Below are positions 1 to 10,798 of a stretch of DNA of 64,000 nt, piece after piece; the first letter of the stretch is position 1; every line of letters starts with the position of its first letter. The notes under the pieces were generated by a model that saw nothing but the letters and a program-made list of their open reading frames with translations, was not told where the DNA came from and searched no databases. Made by a program: the position numbers and the translations under genes. Origin of the DNA: Macrostomum lignano (taxonomy: Eukaryota); contig NIVC01000392.1 of NCBI GenBank assembly GCA_002269645.1, positions 62,001 through 126,000 of the forward strand, given 5' to 3'.

Positions 1-374
1 AGCTAGGGCCTATTTACAATCTATTTTCTATTTTCTATTTCTGTTTCTATTCTATTTACAAGTTAGGCCTTATAAGCTAAATGATACCATTAGCTTCAAT
101 ATAGTTAGAATGCTTCTTTTTTACTCATTCTTAGCTAACTTGAAAAAAATAAGTTCAATAGGCAAAACTTTTAGTCTTTTTTTAATTAATATACATATAG
201 CTATGGCTCATTTTTAATATAATTGTTTGAGATACAAGTCTAGAATGTAATATATTCTTTAAATCAATAACAAAAATAATTATATTAATTTCCAAATTAT
301 ATATTTGATAGATAACTCATATTCACAAAAAACAAAATCTGTTTCTGTGTATAATATATACTCAACATCAAGTG

Positions 375-890
375 CTTCCATGTTAGTTCCACGTGTGCCT
401 TTTTAAGTTTTATATCTGAGTAATAATCTCATATAAACATGATAACTCATGTTTTTCATGTTTCTTGTTAATATCTGCTACTTCCACTCATGTCCTTTCA
501 TATCTGAGTAATGTATATCATATAAACATGATAATTCATGTTTTTCATATTTCATGTCAATATCTGCTACTTCCAGTCATGTCCTTTCATATCTGAGTAA
601 TGTATATCATATAAACATGATAATTCATGTTTTTCATGTTTCATGTCAATATCTGCTATTTCCAGTCATGTCCTTTCATATCTGAGTAATGTATATCATA
701 TAAACATGATAATTCATGTTTTTCATGTTTCTTGTCAATATCTGTTACTTCCACTCATGTCCTTTCATATCTGAGTAATGTATATCATATAAACATGATA
801 ATTCATGTTTTTCATGTTTCATGTCAATATCTGCTACTTCCAGTCATGTCCTTTCATATCTGAGTAGTAATTCATGGTTTTCCTGTTTTT
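375..890. repeat. 89-bp tandem repeat, about 5.5 copies
   Basis: ATATCTGAGTA recurs at about 412, 500, 589, 678, 767 and 856. Confidence 0.9.
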
Positions 891-1087
891 TCTTATCTTC
901 AATGCGAGGATTCACTTAACCAAGTCCAGTATTTGCTTAGTAGAGTTTGTTTAAGTAAGAAAAAGTGAAGTAAATGTGACTGTACACTTGTCTTTTATGT
1001 CACTATGTTTCTGTCAACGCTTTGAAGTTATTTTTGATGTTATGGAAGCATGTTTTTGCATGTAATAAAAGTTATAATTCATTTCAG

Positions 1088-1567
1088 GCTTTCATTAACG
1101 ATCCTTTTTCGGTCTTTGAGCCAAAAGGAGAACTGCCCTTACCCTTTCCGGACAAGGAAGTGGTCGTCGGCATCAGACTAACAGCGACTTGTGTTCGTGT
1201 AGCTGCTCAGATCCTAAACATTCCACTGTCCGGTTCTCTGCTTCGAAGGGCTCCTGGAACGAATGTCAATTATATTTCGGAAAATGGTTTAGCTCTGGCC
1301 TACCGTGATGGTGTAGCAATTTTTCGACATAGAAAAAAATCATTGAATTGTCACCAAGACCATTCCAAGCGAGCGAAAGCGGCTGCTGCCGGAAAAGAGT
1401 GGTTGAAACATAATGGTTGGAAGTTGGAAGAAGAGAGTTCGCAGCTTTCAGCTGTGATTGCAAAGCAGCATGTAACAAAGGCACTTGATCATCTGGAGTT
1501 GGCTGTATCCGTAGCTCCTGATGAAATACGTAGTATAATTCAAATATCTGTTGCGTGTGTGCATCAG
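1088..1567 (+). CDS. Putative 160-codon exon of an unknown protein
   Basis: Stop-free frame bounded by ATTTCAG| (1087) and CAG|GTAAAA (1568), both phase 0; no recognisable domain. Confidence 0.35.
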
Positions 1568-1641
1568 GTAAAAAAGCGTGATTGATTCTACTCAATTGTC
1601 TACTGCGAGGGGAGCAGAATTTGAGCAGGGAGAGTCAGAAG

Positions 1642-1774
1642 TGGAAAAGCAGCGAGAACTGGAGAAGCAGCAAGAGCTGGAGAAGCAGCGAGAACTGGAG
1701 AAGCAGCGAGAACTGGAGAAGCAGCGAGAACTAGAGAAGCAGCAAGAGCAGGAGAAGCAGAAAGAGCTGGAGAA
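1642..1774 (+). repeat. 18-bp tandem repeat (reads EKQREL/EKQQEL), cut off by solo LTR
   Basis: GAACTGGAGAAGCAGCGA-type units; the open frame runs into TGAGGT at 1775. Confidence 0.75.
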
Positions 1775-2771
1775 TGAGGTTAGCTTTCTTAGCTAATTTT
1801 CTTAGCTAATGTTTTTGAATTTGCTGACACCAGTGAGGTGGGGCGGATTCATCGTTTGAATTGCCACCGGCGTTGAGTTTGCACGAATAAAACCGGAAAA
1901 ACGCGCAGACGAATCACAACAAAATTTCTTCTCCTGTTTTACTCCGACAGCCGGGTTCTCAAGTCCGGGGGGAGGGTAGTCGTAATCGTAGCGGAGCGGT
2001 CGTTAGCGGCGCGGTCGTTCAAAGCGGTGAAACACCGGAGATTTCTGACTCCGAAAATTGATGCGTCGGTTATCTGAACTCGTTACTTTCAGTAGGGTAG
2101 TTGCTGCCACCACCGTAATTTACGTATTACGGAACGAATAAGTCTCAGAGCTTTCTTTGAGATGAGAACTTTGGTTATTTTACGCCCCACGGGCAAATGA
2201 CTCAAGAGAATACTATGGCCTTGGATTAGTGAATAAATATAGTTAATTATTGGAATTTATTAGATTGACTTATTTCGAGCAGGCTGGATAATAAAATAAA
2301 AATTACACGACACTACGCGGATGAGACGCGGGCCGAGGTCGAAAATGTTTCGACTGGGCTTAAACGAGCAGAAAACTGTAGCACTAAATTTAAACGGTAG
2401 TAGAAAAATATTAGAAGGAGCAGTTGAAGGAGCAGTTTAAGGAGCAGGAGCAGATTTTGAAACAGTCATGTAAATCATCGCTTTAAATAGAGGGGAGTGA
2501 TCGGTCACGCATTGGGGACAGAGGCTGGGCATGCACAGTGGAGAGAAAATCACGTAAAAGGGGCGGCTTAAACACATAGAAAAAAACAAAATTACGGCAC
2601 ACATCCAACTCCGTGTAAGCAGTACACGTTGCGGGTATAGACAGAAACCAACACCGGGAGTGATGTCACTCCAATGAAGGGGGAAACGCAGCGGTTCACC
2701 ATGCACATGCAAAAAAATTAAACATGCCAAATTCCAGTCATCGCATCTTACGTGGCAACCCGCCTGCCACA
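1775..2771 (-). mobile_element. Solo LTR-a, diverged sister subfamily of the adjacent Gypsy LTR
   Basis: Colinear homology to 12201-13212 (GCTGACACCAGTGAGGTGGGGCGG, GTCCGGGGGGAGGGTAGT, GCTGCCACCACCGTAATTTACGTATTACGG); ends CTGCCACA at 2771; left end (TGAGGT at 1775) approximate; no TSD. Confidence 0.8.
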
Positions 2772-2829
2772 AATAGTTATACTGCTTTTTTCTTGGAAAG
2801 CCGAACCGATTCGTGGGGCCTTTTCATAT
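2772..2829. repeat. Left part of a palindromic MITE-like repeat (family X), continued at 13217-13267 and from 20728
   Basis: TATACTGCTTTTTTCTTGGAAAGCCGAACCGATTC is the inverted counterpart of GAATCGGCTCGGAATTCCAAGAAAAACAGCAGTATA at about 13234-13269; related copies at about 20.9-21.1 kb and 62.1 kb. Confidence 0.75.
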
Positions 2830-3842
2830 TGAGGTGGGGCGGAGAAGAATTTTTTGGAAGGTTCTGAGTTTTGAAAATTTGCTGACACCAGTGAGGTGGG
2901 GCGGATTCCTCGTTTGAATTTCCGCCGAATGTTGCGTTCGCACGAATAAAACCGGAAAAATCGCGCAGATGAATCACAACGGAATTTCTTCTCCTTTTCT
3001 CCGACTGCCGGGTTCTCAAGTCCGGGGGGAGGGTAGTCGTAATCGTAGCAGAGCGGTCGTTTAGCGGCTCGGGTCGTTCAAAAGGGATGGAACACCGGGA
3101 GATTTCTGGCTCCGTAAATTAATGCGTCGATGTGTTGAACTGGTTACTTTCAGTAGGGTAGTTGCTGCCACCACCGTAATTTACGTATTACGGAACGGAT
3201 AAGTCTCAGAGCTTTCTTTGAGATGAGAACTTGGTTATTTTACGCCCCACGGGCAAATGACTCAATAAAGGCTATGGCTTATGTCAGCAGATTAAATATG
3301 ATTCGGAATAATGGTTATGGGCTTAGTTTATTAATAACAATGCAGGCTTATGATTAGTAATTTTGGTTTTTTAGACGACTGAGATGTTCACGGGCGCCGG
3401 TGCGCTAAATAAAACTTAAGAAAACGAAAATTAGATTAAGGAAAATTAGGTGGTCGAAAAACAAAAGGGGGAGGGTGGGGGAGAAAGGTTAGAAAACAAC
3501 ACCTCGTGCGCAGTTTATAAATAAAGAGAGAATTACATGTACATCGTTTGGAAGTTAAGCTGGACAGGCCGATGGAGCAAAGTTTCAGTGCGTGGAAACT
3601 TTGGGTGGACGGCTTGCCGCAAAGGAAAAGGGAGAAAAAATTTTAACAAAATCCACCGCAAGGGAGCGTGTTTTAGCACCCAGTGGAAACTAAAACAGTG
3701 GCTGGACGGCCACTTGACGGAAAAATGATGCGCTGGAAATTCAATAGATGGATACGAAGGTAAAAAAAATTAATGTTTCTTGGGCATGCAACTTAGCGTA
3801 ATTGTTTGATTAAATGTTCAACAGTGGCACTCGACTGCCACA
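2830..3842 (-). repeat. 3' LTR (1013 bp)
   Basis: Direct repeat of 12201-13212; I saw one substitution and two small indels. Confidence 0.97.
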
Positions 3843-3872
3843 TGCGCGGGGTGGCCGGAGGGTTGCGCAGAG

Positions 3873-4649
3873 TTAGCAGCAGCCGCTGCTTCCTTGGCCA
3901 CCGCGGCGTCCGCGTCCGGCAGCTCGGCCGCCTCGGTTGGCCGGGTGATCTCCTCGAGCAGGATGCTCGGGGTCGGCGTTCCTCGCCGTTCTGGGCCGGT
4001 CGCTAGCTGAGCTGGCCAGCCGGGCGTTCTTGAAAAAGTGCTCAATTCCGGGGGTTATTCCCCGTCGGCGGGCTGCGTGCTCGACAATTAGGGCGAATAG
4101 GCTGCAGCAAGGCCCGATTTGCTGACCGTTGGTATCTCGTCGTAGTCTCTTGCCGATGAGAGCGGCCGTAGTTTCGAGAGCTTGGGTGATGTCCGTCGCT
4201 GGGAACTGCCGGGCGAGGCTGCTCCAGCTGCGGCAGTCGTTAACCGCTTTAGGCCCGGGGCCGCTAGCAACTTCCCAGATGAGCAGCTCCGTTAGCTGCT
4301 GCGTGTGCTCCAGGGCGGCAGCGGTGACGGCCTCCGGGGCGTTGGGCTCGGCGTCTGGCCGTCCTGGATTGGCGTCGTCGTGCCAGTCGGCCGGCGGTAG
4401 AGGGGGCGTTAGGTTTCCGGGTTCTAGCAATCGTACGATGTCGTCCAACTCATCGTGGACGGGCGACGGCGCGGCTCGGACCCTGTCGAGCAGAGGGTCC
4501 AGCCAGGGGTCCGGACTCGGATTAGGAGCGCGCGGCAGGATTGGGTCGACGGCAGGTCCCATCGGAATCCCTCGATCTTCGTTTAGCAGATCTAGCATCG
4601 GTTGCTGACCGGCCGGAGCTCCAGCTCCCCACATCGGGTCGTCGTACAT
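3873..4649 (-). CDS. Gypsy ORF3, 258 aa, unknown function (env position, not env-like)
   Basis: ATG at 4649 (MYDDPMW...) to TAA at 3873; Pro/Asp-rich N-terminus, about 100-aa predicted helical core, RG-rich tail ending GCC; GC-rich like gag-pol. Confidence 0.75.
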   Translation of the reverse strand: MYDDPMWGAGAPAGQQPMLDLLNEDRGIPMGPAVDPILPRAPNPSPDPWLDPLLDRVRAAPSPVHDELDDIVRLLEPGNLTPPLPPADWHDDANPGRPDAEPNAPEAVTAAALEHTQQLTELLIWEVASGPGPKAVNDCRSWSSLARQFPATDITQALETTAALIGKRLRRDTNGQQIGPCCSLFALIVEHAARRRGITPGIEHFFKNARLASSASDRPRTARNADPEHPARGDHPANRGGRAAGRGRRGGQGSSGCC

Positions 4650-5411
4650 GTCAGGCACAGGTGCAGTTGACGCAAAAGGGATAAATAAATATGATGGTGA
4701 GCAAAATATATACAGGATAGTGGATAAATATATACAGGAGTATGAACAAGTTGGCTGGCAGATAAATAACAAATAGGACGAATAGCTAGGAGCGCAGGAA
4801 TTCAATTTACAAATTGAGAAAAATCAGTTCCGAGCCAAGTTGCGGTTTAAATACTCCAAAAAGGTTATCCACTGGCTGGAGAAAGGGTGTTCCAACCAGA
4901 GAAACCAGCCACCACCATACGCGGATGGGGGGGGGTTGAATGAACGAAAGGCCATAAAACAGATAACCGCGCGGCAGGGGGAGGTCCGAAATCAAAGAAT
5001 TGAAATGGGGCGCCTGAGCGGCTCACACAAAATAGGTCGGCGGTTAGGATAGCTGAATAGCGCGTAAACAGATAGAAAAATAAAAGGAGCAATTGGCGGG
5101 CTCCATACTAAGATAATATTGAATGAACAGTTTAGTGACCGGGGCTCCATAAGGAGTTACAGGAGCGGGGGCTCACAAAAGGCACTGGGTAGGGGAGCCC
5201 AACTGGGCAGCCCTTACAACGTTCCCAGGCTCGAGCAAAATCGAACAAAGAGCAGGGGTCGAGTCACCTTAAATGCCCTCCACTGAGGACAAGGCTTAGA
5301 ACAGGGGCGCTTGACCTGAGCGGGCAGAAGACAGTTTGGCCCTTAGGCTTACAAACCGGAAGGAAAATTAAAATACCTACAATTTAATCAAACTGTAAGG
5401 TGTACAAATTC

Positions 5412-6045
5412 ACTGCTTTCCTGAAAGCATTAGAAAAGGGGGGGGGCACTTCTGCACTTTGAACGTGTGCGAAGAAGCTTACAGCAACAGGGATGCGCAA
5501 AATTTAGATGAAAAGAGGAAACGCAAAATAAAGCAATGATCTTACTGTATCGCATTGTTTAATGAGGACGCGTTGATTAAATATTGTCGCATTGGTGCGT
5601 GCTTTCACCGCAAAGCGTAAGGAAATTTACAGAGCGCATGGTGCTGATTAATGAATTCGCATTTAATAAAATTAGCAAAGTTTTACGCTATACATGAGCA
5701 CCGGAAACTATGCACTGCTTTTACCGGAAAGCATAAGGAAAAGAGAAACTGCTTTTAACCCTGAAGCATAAGGAAAAGTACATTGGAACGACGCCTGCTT
5801 TTATCCTGAAAGCATAAGGAAAATGGCAAAATGAAACTGCTTTTAACCCTGAAGCATAAGGAAAAGTACATTGGAACGACGCCTGCTTTTATCCTGAAAG
5901 CATAAGGAAAATGGCAAAATGAAACTGCTTTTAACCCTGAAGCATAAGGAAAAGTACATTGGAACGACGCCTGCTTTTATCCTGAAAGCATAAGGAAAAT
6001 GGCAAAATGAAACTGCTTTTAACCCTGAAGCATAAGGAAAAGTAC
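5412..6045. repeat. Array of about 10 TGCTTT-N4-7-(A)AAGCA hairpin motifs, including 3.4 copies of an 88-bp unit
   Basis: CTGCTTTTAACCCTGAAGC at 5749, 5837, 5925 and 6013, interleaved with CTGCTTTTATCCTGAAAGC; older variants at about 5414, 5592 and 5716. Confidence 0.85.
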
Positions 6046-6212
6046 ATTGAATTTAAACGGAAAATTAAAATCGGCTTTCAGCACAGAGCAGGTGCAGAGA
6101 AAGCTTACAGCAAAATTAGAATTGGAACGCGTTCGCAAATACAACTACTAATAGTAATGCGCATCAGAAGTTAGCAACTTGGCGCAACAGAAAACTCATT
6201 GGTAAATACCTT

Positions 6213-9200
6213 TCAGACTTCGATCTCCATACCGATGTCAGGCAGATCCGGGTCGCCTTCAGACAGCACTTCCGGATGGCGGAGGCTCGGCTCGAACAAT
6301 TGGCTGCCGCGCAGGTCAGGCTGAGCTGCGACTGGCTGTTCTGGAGCGGGCTGATCGGCTGGGTCGACTTCGCTTTCATCGCTCGACTCGTAGGGCAACA
6401 TTGGCCGCTCTGTCTGGCGCGGCGGCTCCTGCGGTCGATCTGCCATCATCTGCGGCACCTTTATGATGTTGTTGCGGTGTACGAGCATTTCAGCTGGGCG
6501 TCCACGTCGGGCTGTTGCTGGCTGGATCCAGTAGGCTACTTCGCCGACCCTCCTGTTGACCTTGTACATGCTTTTGTACGGCCGGTGAAACTTCGGCAGC
6601 TCGCCCAACTCGAGCTTCGGGTTGGCCAGGGAGACCAGATCTCCGGGCTGCAGTTCCACGGGCTTGGGTCGGTTCTCGTAGTACTCTTCACGGCGTTGGA
6701 TCTCAGCTCGCAATCGCTGTCGCACAATCCTTTCAGTCTCGGCCAGTCTACGCTGATGCTTTGCGATGTACTCGGGGAGGTCCGGCGATACGTCCAGGCG
6801 GTCTAGGGTGTTATCGATCGGATACCGGTAGGGCACTCCGTAGATGACGTAATGCGGCGAGAATCCCGTCGTACGATTGACAGCTGATCGCAGGGCTGTC
6901 AAAGCGGCTGGCAGCATCTTGTCCCACTGTTGATGATCTTCGAGAAGACAAGTGAGCACCTTCTTGATATTTTTGTTGCACGATTCAGCTTGACCGTTGG
7001 CCCAGGGCGAGTATGGCGGCGTCGTTGTCTGCCGGATGCCATAGACTTCGCAGAAATGTCGAAACTCGTGCCCTGTGAACTGTTTGCCTTGGTCCGAATG
7101 GATCCACGCGGGGATTCCGGTGATCGGGAAGACTTGCTCTTGCAGGAGAGTTATGATCGTCTTGGCGCGCTGATTCTTCATGGCGTAGGCGAAGGGGTAC
7201 TTTGACGTCGTGTCGACTTAGGTGAGGATGTACTTGTTGCCTCGGTCTGTCGGGTCTCCAGTGGGGCCCATGATGTCGATCGCACATCGCCCATAGATTT
7301 CGCAGACCGGAAATGATTGTACATGCGCTGGGATGCGTCGCCGTCCTTTACTCTGAGTGCAGGTCTGGCAGGAAGCGACATAGTCGGACACGGCCTTGGC
7401 CAGGGCCGGTCGCCAGAACCTCTCGCGCACCTTTGCGATGGTGAGATCTCGGCCCATGTGTCCGCAGTAGGGCGAACCATGCAGGTCGGCAAACACTGTG
7501 GCGTCGAGACTCTTCGGCAGGACGATCCTCGCATTGTCCTCCTCGTCAACATCGTCGAGATGGATGACTAATAGTCCGTCGTCTCGGACTCCCAATTGCT
7601 CATAGAATGCTAAGAGATTTCGCTCATCTCTTGTTAGATTTAATCGCTGATTCAGCGGCGGCTTCGGTTGTCGACTTTCAATTAAGTTGATCATCATCGC
7701 GATGGCGGAGTCAGCACGCTGATGGGTCTGGAGCTCCTCACGTGTGACTGGTCTCGGGATGTGATCAGTTAAGTTCAAAGTTTGGCGTCTGTTAGTCGAA
7801 TTAGTCGGCGCGGCTTCGGCTATGGCGGCATGGTTCGGGGTCTGGAGCTCCCTCCGCATAATCGCTACTCTGGCCGGTTGCCGGGTCGATGAAGAATTTG
7901 AGGGCCGATCCTCATCGGTCATGTCAGCGTCGGCTTCGTCAGCATTAGATTCGTCAGCAGATGAGAGTGAGTCAGCGGAACTGTCGGTATCAAGGCTGAA
8001 TCTCACCTTCTTGAACACAGGACGGCGAGCGGGTTGGCAGCGGTCTTCGCTGGCTGCGCTGTGGTCGCTATCCTCGTCGCCTTCAGCTAGTAGCCGGCGG
8101 CCCCTTGACGGGCAACATGTCGTGCTGCTAAAACTGGTGGGCGACCTCTGTGAGTCCCAATAACGACTGGCAGATGGCCTCGACTTTGTCGCCGGCGGAT
8201 GCAGCTCTGTCAGCGGTTTGCTGTCGGCTGTCGGTGTTGCGGGCGGCGTAGTCTCGTCGTTGGACCCAGTTGATTTCGTCGGCGGCTTTCGTCGGTGACG
8301 GCGGGTCGGTCGCTTCTTGCTCGGTGGAGGACTAGGGTGGCTGCTGTCGTGGACCTTCGGCGCCGCTGCGCCAGTTATCGCGGCTGGCTGCTTACTTTGG
8401 TCCTCGACGGCGGCCTCTCGCTGAGCTTCCTCCAAACATTCAGCGTCGTCCTCAGGCCGTCTTGAGAGGCCGTCGGCGTTTTGGTGCTGACTTGATTTTC
8501 GATGCTGGATCTCGAACTCGAATTCGCTGAGGCGCTGTAGCCATCGTCCAAAGATTCCTTCTTGCTGAGTTCGCCTCAGGATCCAGGTTAATGCGGCATG
8601 ATCGGTTCGGCAGATGAACTTCTTGGCCAGCAGGTAGAATCTGAAGTGTCGCATTCCATCTACGACTGCCAAGAGTTCCTGTTTCGTAATCGGATAACGG
8701 GCTTCGGCCGGTTTGAGTCGCCGGGAGAAATAGCCGATTGGTCGCTCTACTCCATCAGCTTGGCGTTGGCTCAGGCAGGCTCCGATTCTGGTCGCAGAAG
8801 CATCCGTGTCCAGGATAAACATTACTTCCGGATCCTCGCTGAACTGCGGATACGCGAGCACTGATGTCGAAGTCATGGCTGCTTTGAGCTGATCAAACGC
8901 GTCTTGCTGGGCTTTTCCCCATAGACAATTGAAATTTCTAATCTTCTTTTCCTTGATTAGGTCGTGGAGCGGAGCTGCAAGTTCTGCGTAGCCAGGTACG
9001 AATTTAGCATAGTAAGCGCACGTGCAGACAAAACTCTTAAGCTGTCGGGCTGTTCTTGGTCTTGGCCAGGTTTGAATAGCTTCGATTTTCGCCGGGTCGG
9101 TCTTGATTCCATCTTTGGTTACTACGTGTCCCAGGTAGTGGAGGCTTGCCCGAAATAAATGGCACTTCTTGCCTTTGAACTTTAGATTAGCTTCTTGGAC

Positions 9201-9980
9201 TCTCTTAAATACTTCTTCCATATGCCGTAGGTGGTCGTTAAATTTCTTAGAATAGATGATTACGTCATCCAGGTAAGCGATAGCACTTTTGTAGGCAATC
9301 CCGTTGAGCACAGCGTTCATGAGGCGCATGAAGCTGGCTGGAGCTGAACTTAACCCCATTGGCATAACATTGTAGGCGAACTGTCCGCGGTGCAGCGTGG
9401 CAAAGGCAGTCAGGTCTTGATCTTCCGGACGCAGAGGAATCTGGTAGTAGCCGCTATTCAAATCGAATGTACTAAATAGCTGGCTTCCTTCGAGGCTGGC
9501 GAATGCTTCTTGAATATTAGGAATCGGGTACGGAAAATACTCGCACTTTTGATTCAGACTCCGGAAATCTTGTACAATTCTTAGGCTGCCGTCCTTCTTC
9601 GGGATGATCACCAGCGGGGTGTTGTAGCTAGAGAAGCTCGGTCGAATCACGCCTTTGGCCAGCAGATCGTCGAGTAACTGGTCCACCTTGGGTAGCAGGT
9701 GCGGCGGGATCCTTCGCGTTGGGAGATGCACCGGATCTTTGTCCTTCAGTACGATGTTGTGGGTGACCAGATGAGTTCGGCCGAGATCGTGTGGCCCCTG
9801 CGAGAAGATGGTCTGGTACTTTCTCAATAGCTCGATGACTTGAGCGCGCTGGTCACTGGACAGATCCTCGCTGATATCGATCTCCTTAATCCAAGCATCG
9901 GGATCCTCGTCTTGGATTTGATTGACAGAGTCTTCTGATTTCAGCAGCGGGAAGAAATGTAGCCGGGCAGTCTGATTGGT
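6213..9980 (-). pseudogene. pol: Gypsy pol: RT, RNase H, long linker and integrase, with in-frame TAA at 7218-7220
   Basis: YLDD; FILDTDAS...TDH (RNase H); HGSPYCGH...CQTC (IN zinc finger); DDE in AIDIMG / HSDQG / GQAES; NKYILT*VDTTSKYPFAY shows the frame continues across the stop. Confidence 0.93.
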
Positions 9981-10798
9981 CTAGCAATCCCGACTAGGGC
10001 ATTCGCTCGCACTTTGATGGCTGTAGTGCCACGGTTGATCATTTCGATAGCGCCTTCTCCATTAGCCATGGAAATCAGGGCAGGCGCGGCGTCCAAGTGC
10101 TGCACATCTTCTTCGCGACGAGCTGGTTTCAGCGGCTCGATCACGGCGGGTGTACCCTGGTTTTCTTCTCGTCCTTTGGCTAATTTGATTTTAATTCGGG
10201 CAGATGATAACGGCGGCACAGTTGTGCTCTCGGCCGTGTAGATTCTGCACGTTGTAGCTTCAGTTCGCGTGTAGCGAAGCGGTGCGGCAGTGCCGTCCTT
10301 GAAAAACAGCATTCCGGCGGCGAGGTCCAGTGATGTGCTGTACTTCTCCAGGAACTCGAAACCCAGAATGTTGTCATGCGATCCTTTCGCTAGCAGAAAC
10401 TTGACTGTAGGCTCGAAATTACCAATTTTCACTTTAATAGATAGCTGGCCTGCCATTTGAATAGGCTCTCCATTGTAGGTCACGATACGTTGAAGGCAGG
10501 GCTCGATTTGGCCACGCAGGGTCGGGTCGTCAGTACATAGGCGGTGCCAGGTGCTGAATCCTAGGACTTCGCACTTGGACCCGGTATCAAGCAAGAAAGC
10601 AAAATAGCGGCCCTGAATCTCACCAGTTAGAAACGGGTCTCTCCGAGGTCGCTTGGGTGCTAATGGCTGTACAGGTGCGGCGGAGGCGGTCTCAGCAGTG
10701 GCCTGCTGAGTGACTAAAGTCCGCGGCGGGGACTTCAGTGCTGGCTCGGCTGCTGGATGGCGCTGCCCCCGATGGCGCGTCCAGCCGTCCCGTTTCCC
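9941..10798 (-). CDS. Gypsy aspartic protease region (-1 frame from gag), out of frame with RT in this copy
   Basis: FLLDTGSKCEVL and NILGFEFL motifs; frame stops at 9941 while the RT frame opens at 9980. Confidence 0.88.
   Translation of the reverse strand, partial: GKRDGWTRHRGQRHPAAEPALKSPPRTLVTQQATAETASAAPVQPLAPKRPRRDPFLTGEIQGRYFAFLLDTGSKCEVLGFSTWHRLCTDDPTLRGQIEPCLQRIVTYNGEPIQMAGQLSIKVKIGNFEPTVKFLLAKGSHDNILGFEFLEKYSTSLDLAAGMLFFKDGTAAPLRYTRTEATTCRIYTAESTTVPPLSSARIKIKLAKGREENQGTPAVIEPLKPARREEDVQHLDAAPALISMANGEGAIEMINRGTTAIKVRANALVGIARPIRLPGYISSRC

Noticed and set aside
2777-3728. Short ORFs repeated in both LTRs (MRTRQ..., MYIVW...)
   Set aside because: Duplicated only because they lie in the LTRs; not kept in the sister solo LTRs
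3818-4045. Alternative ORF3 C-terminal frame running into the LTR
   Set aside because: The main frame is uninterrupted and needs no frameshift; would be reconsidered if other copies differ by an indel near 4030
4650-4805. N-terminal hydrophobic extension of ORF3 in the ORF track
   Set aside because: Starts at a non-ATG codon in AT-rich spacer DNA; GC-rich coding character begins at ATG 4649, so it is not taken as a signal or TM segment
4865-6200. Env or small fusogen ORF between pol and ORF3
   Set aside because: Only short frames without a convincing start plus TM segment; the region is hairpin repeats
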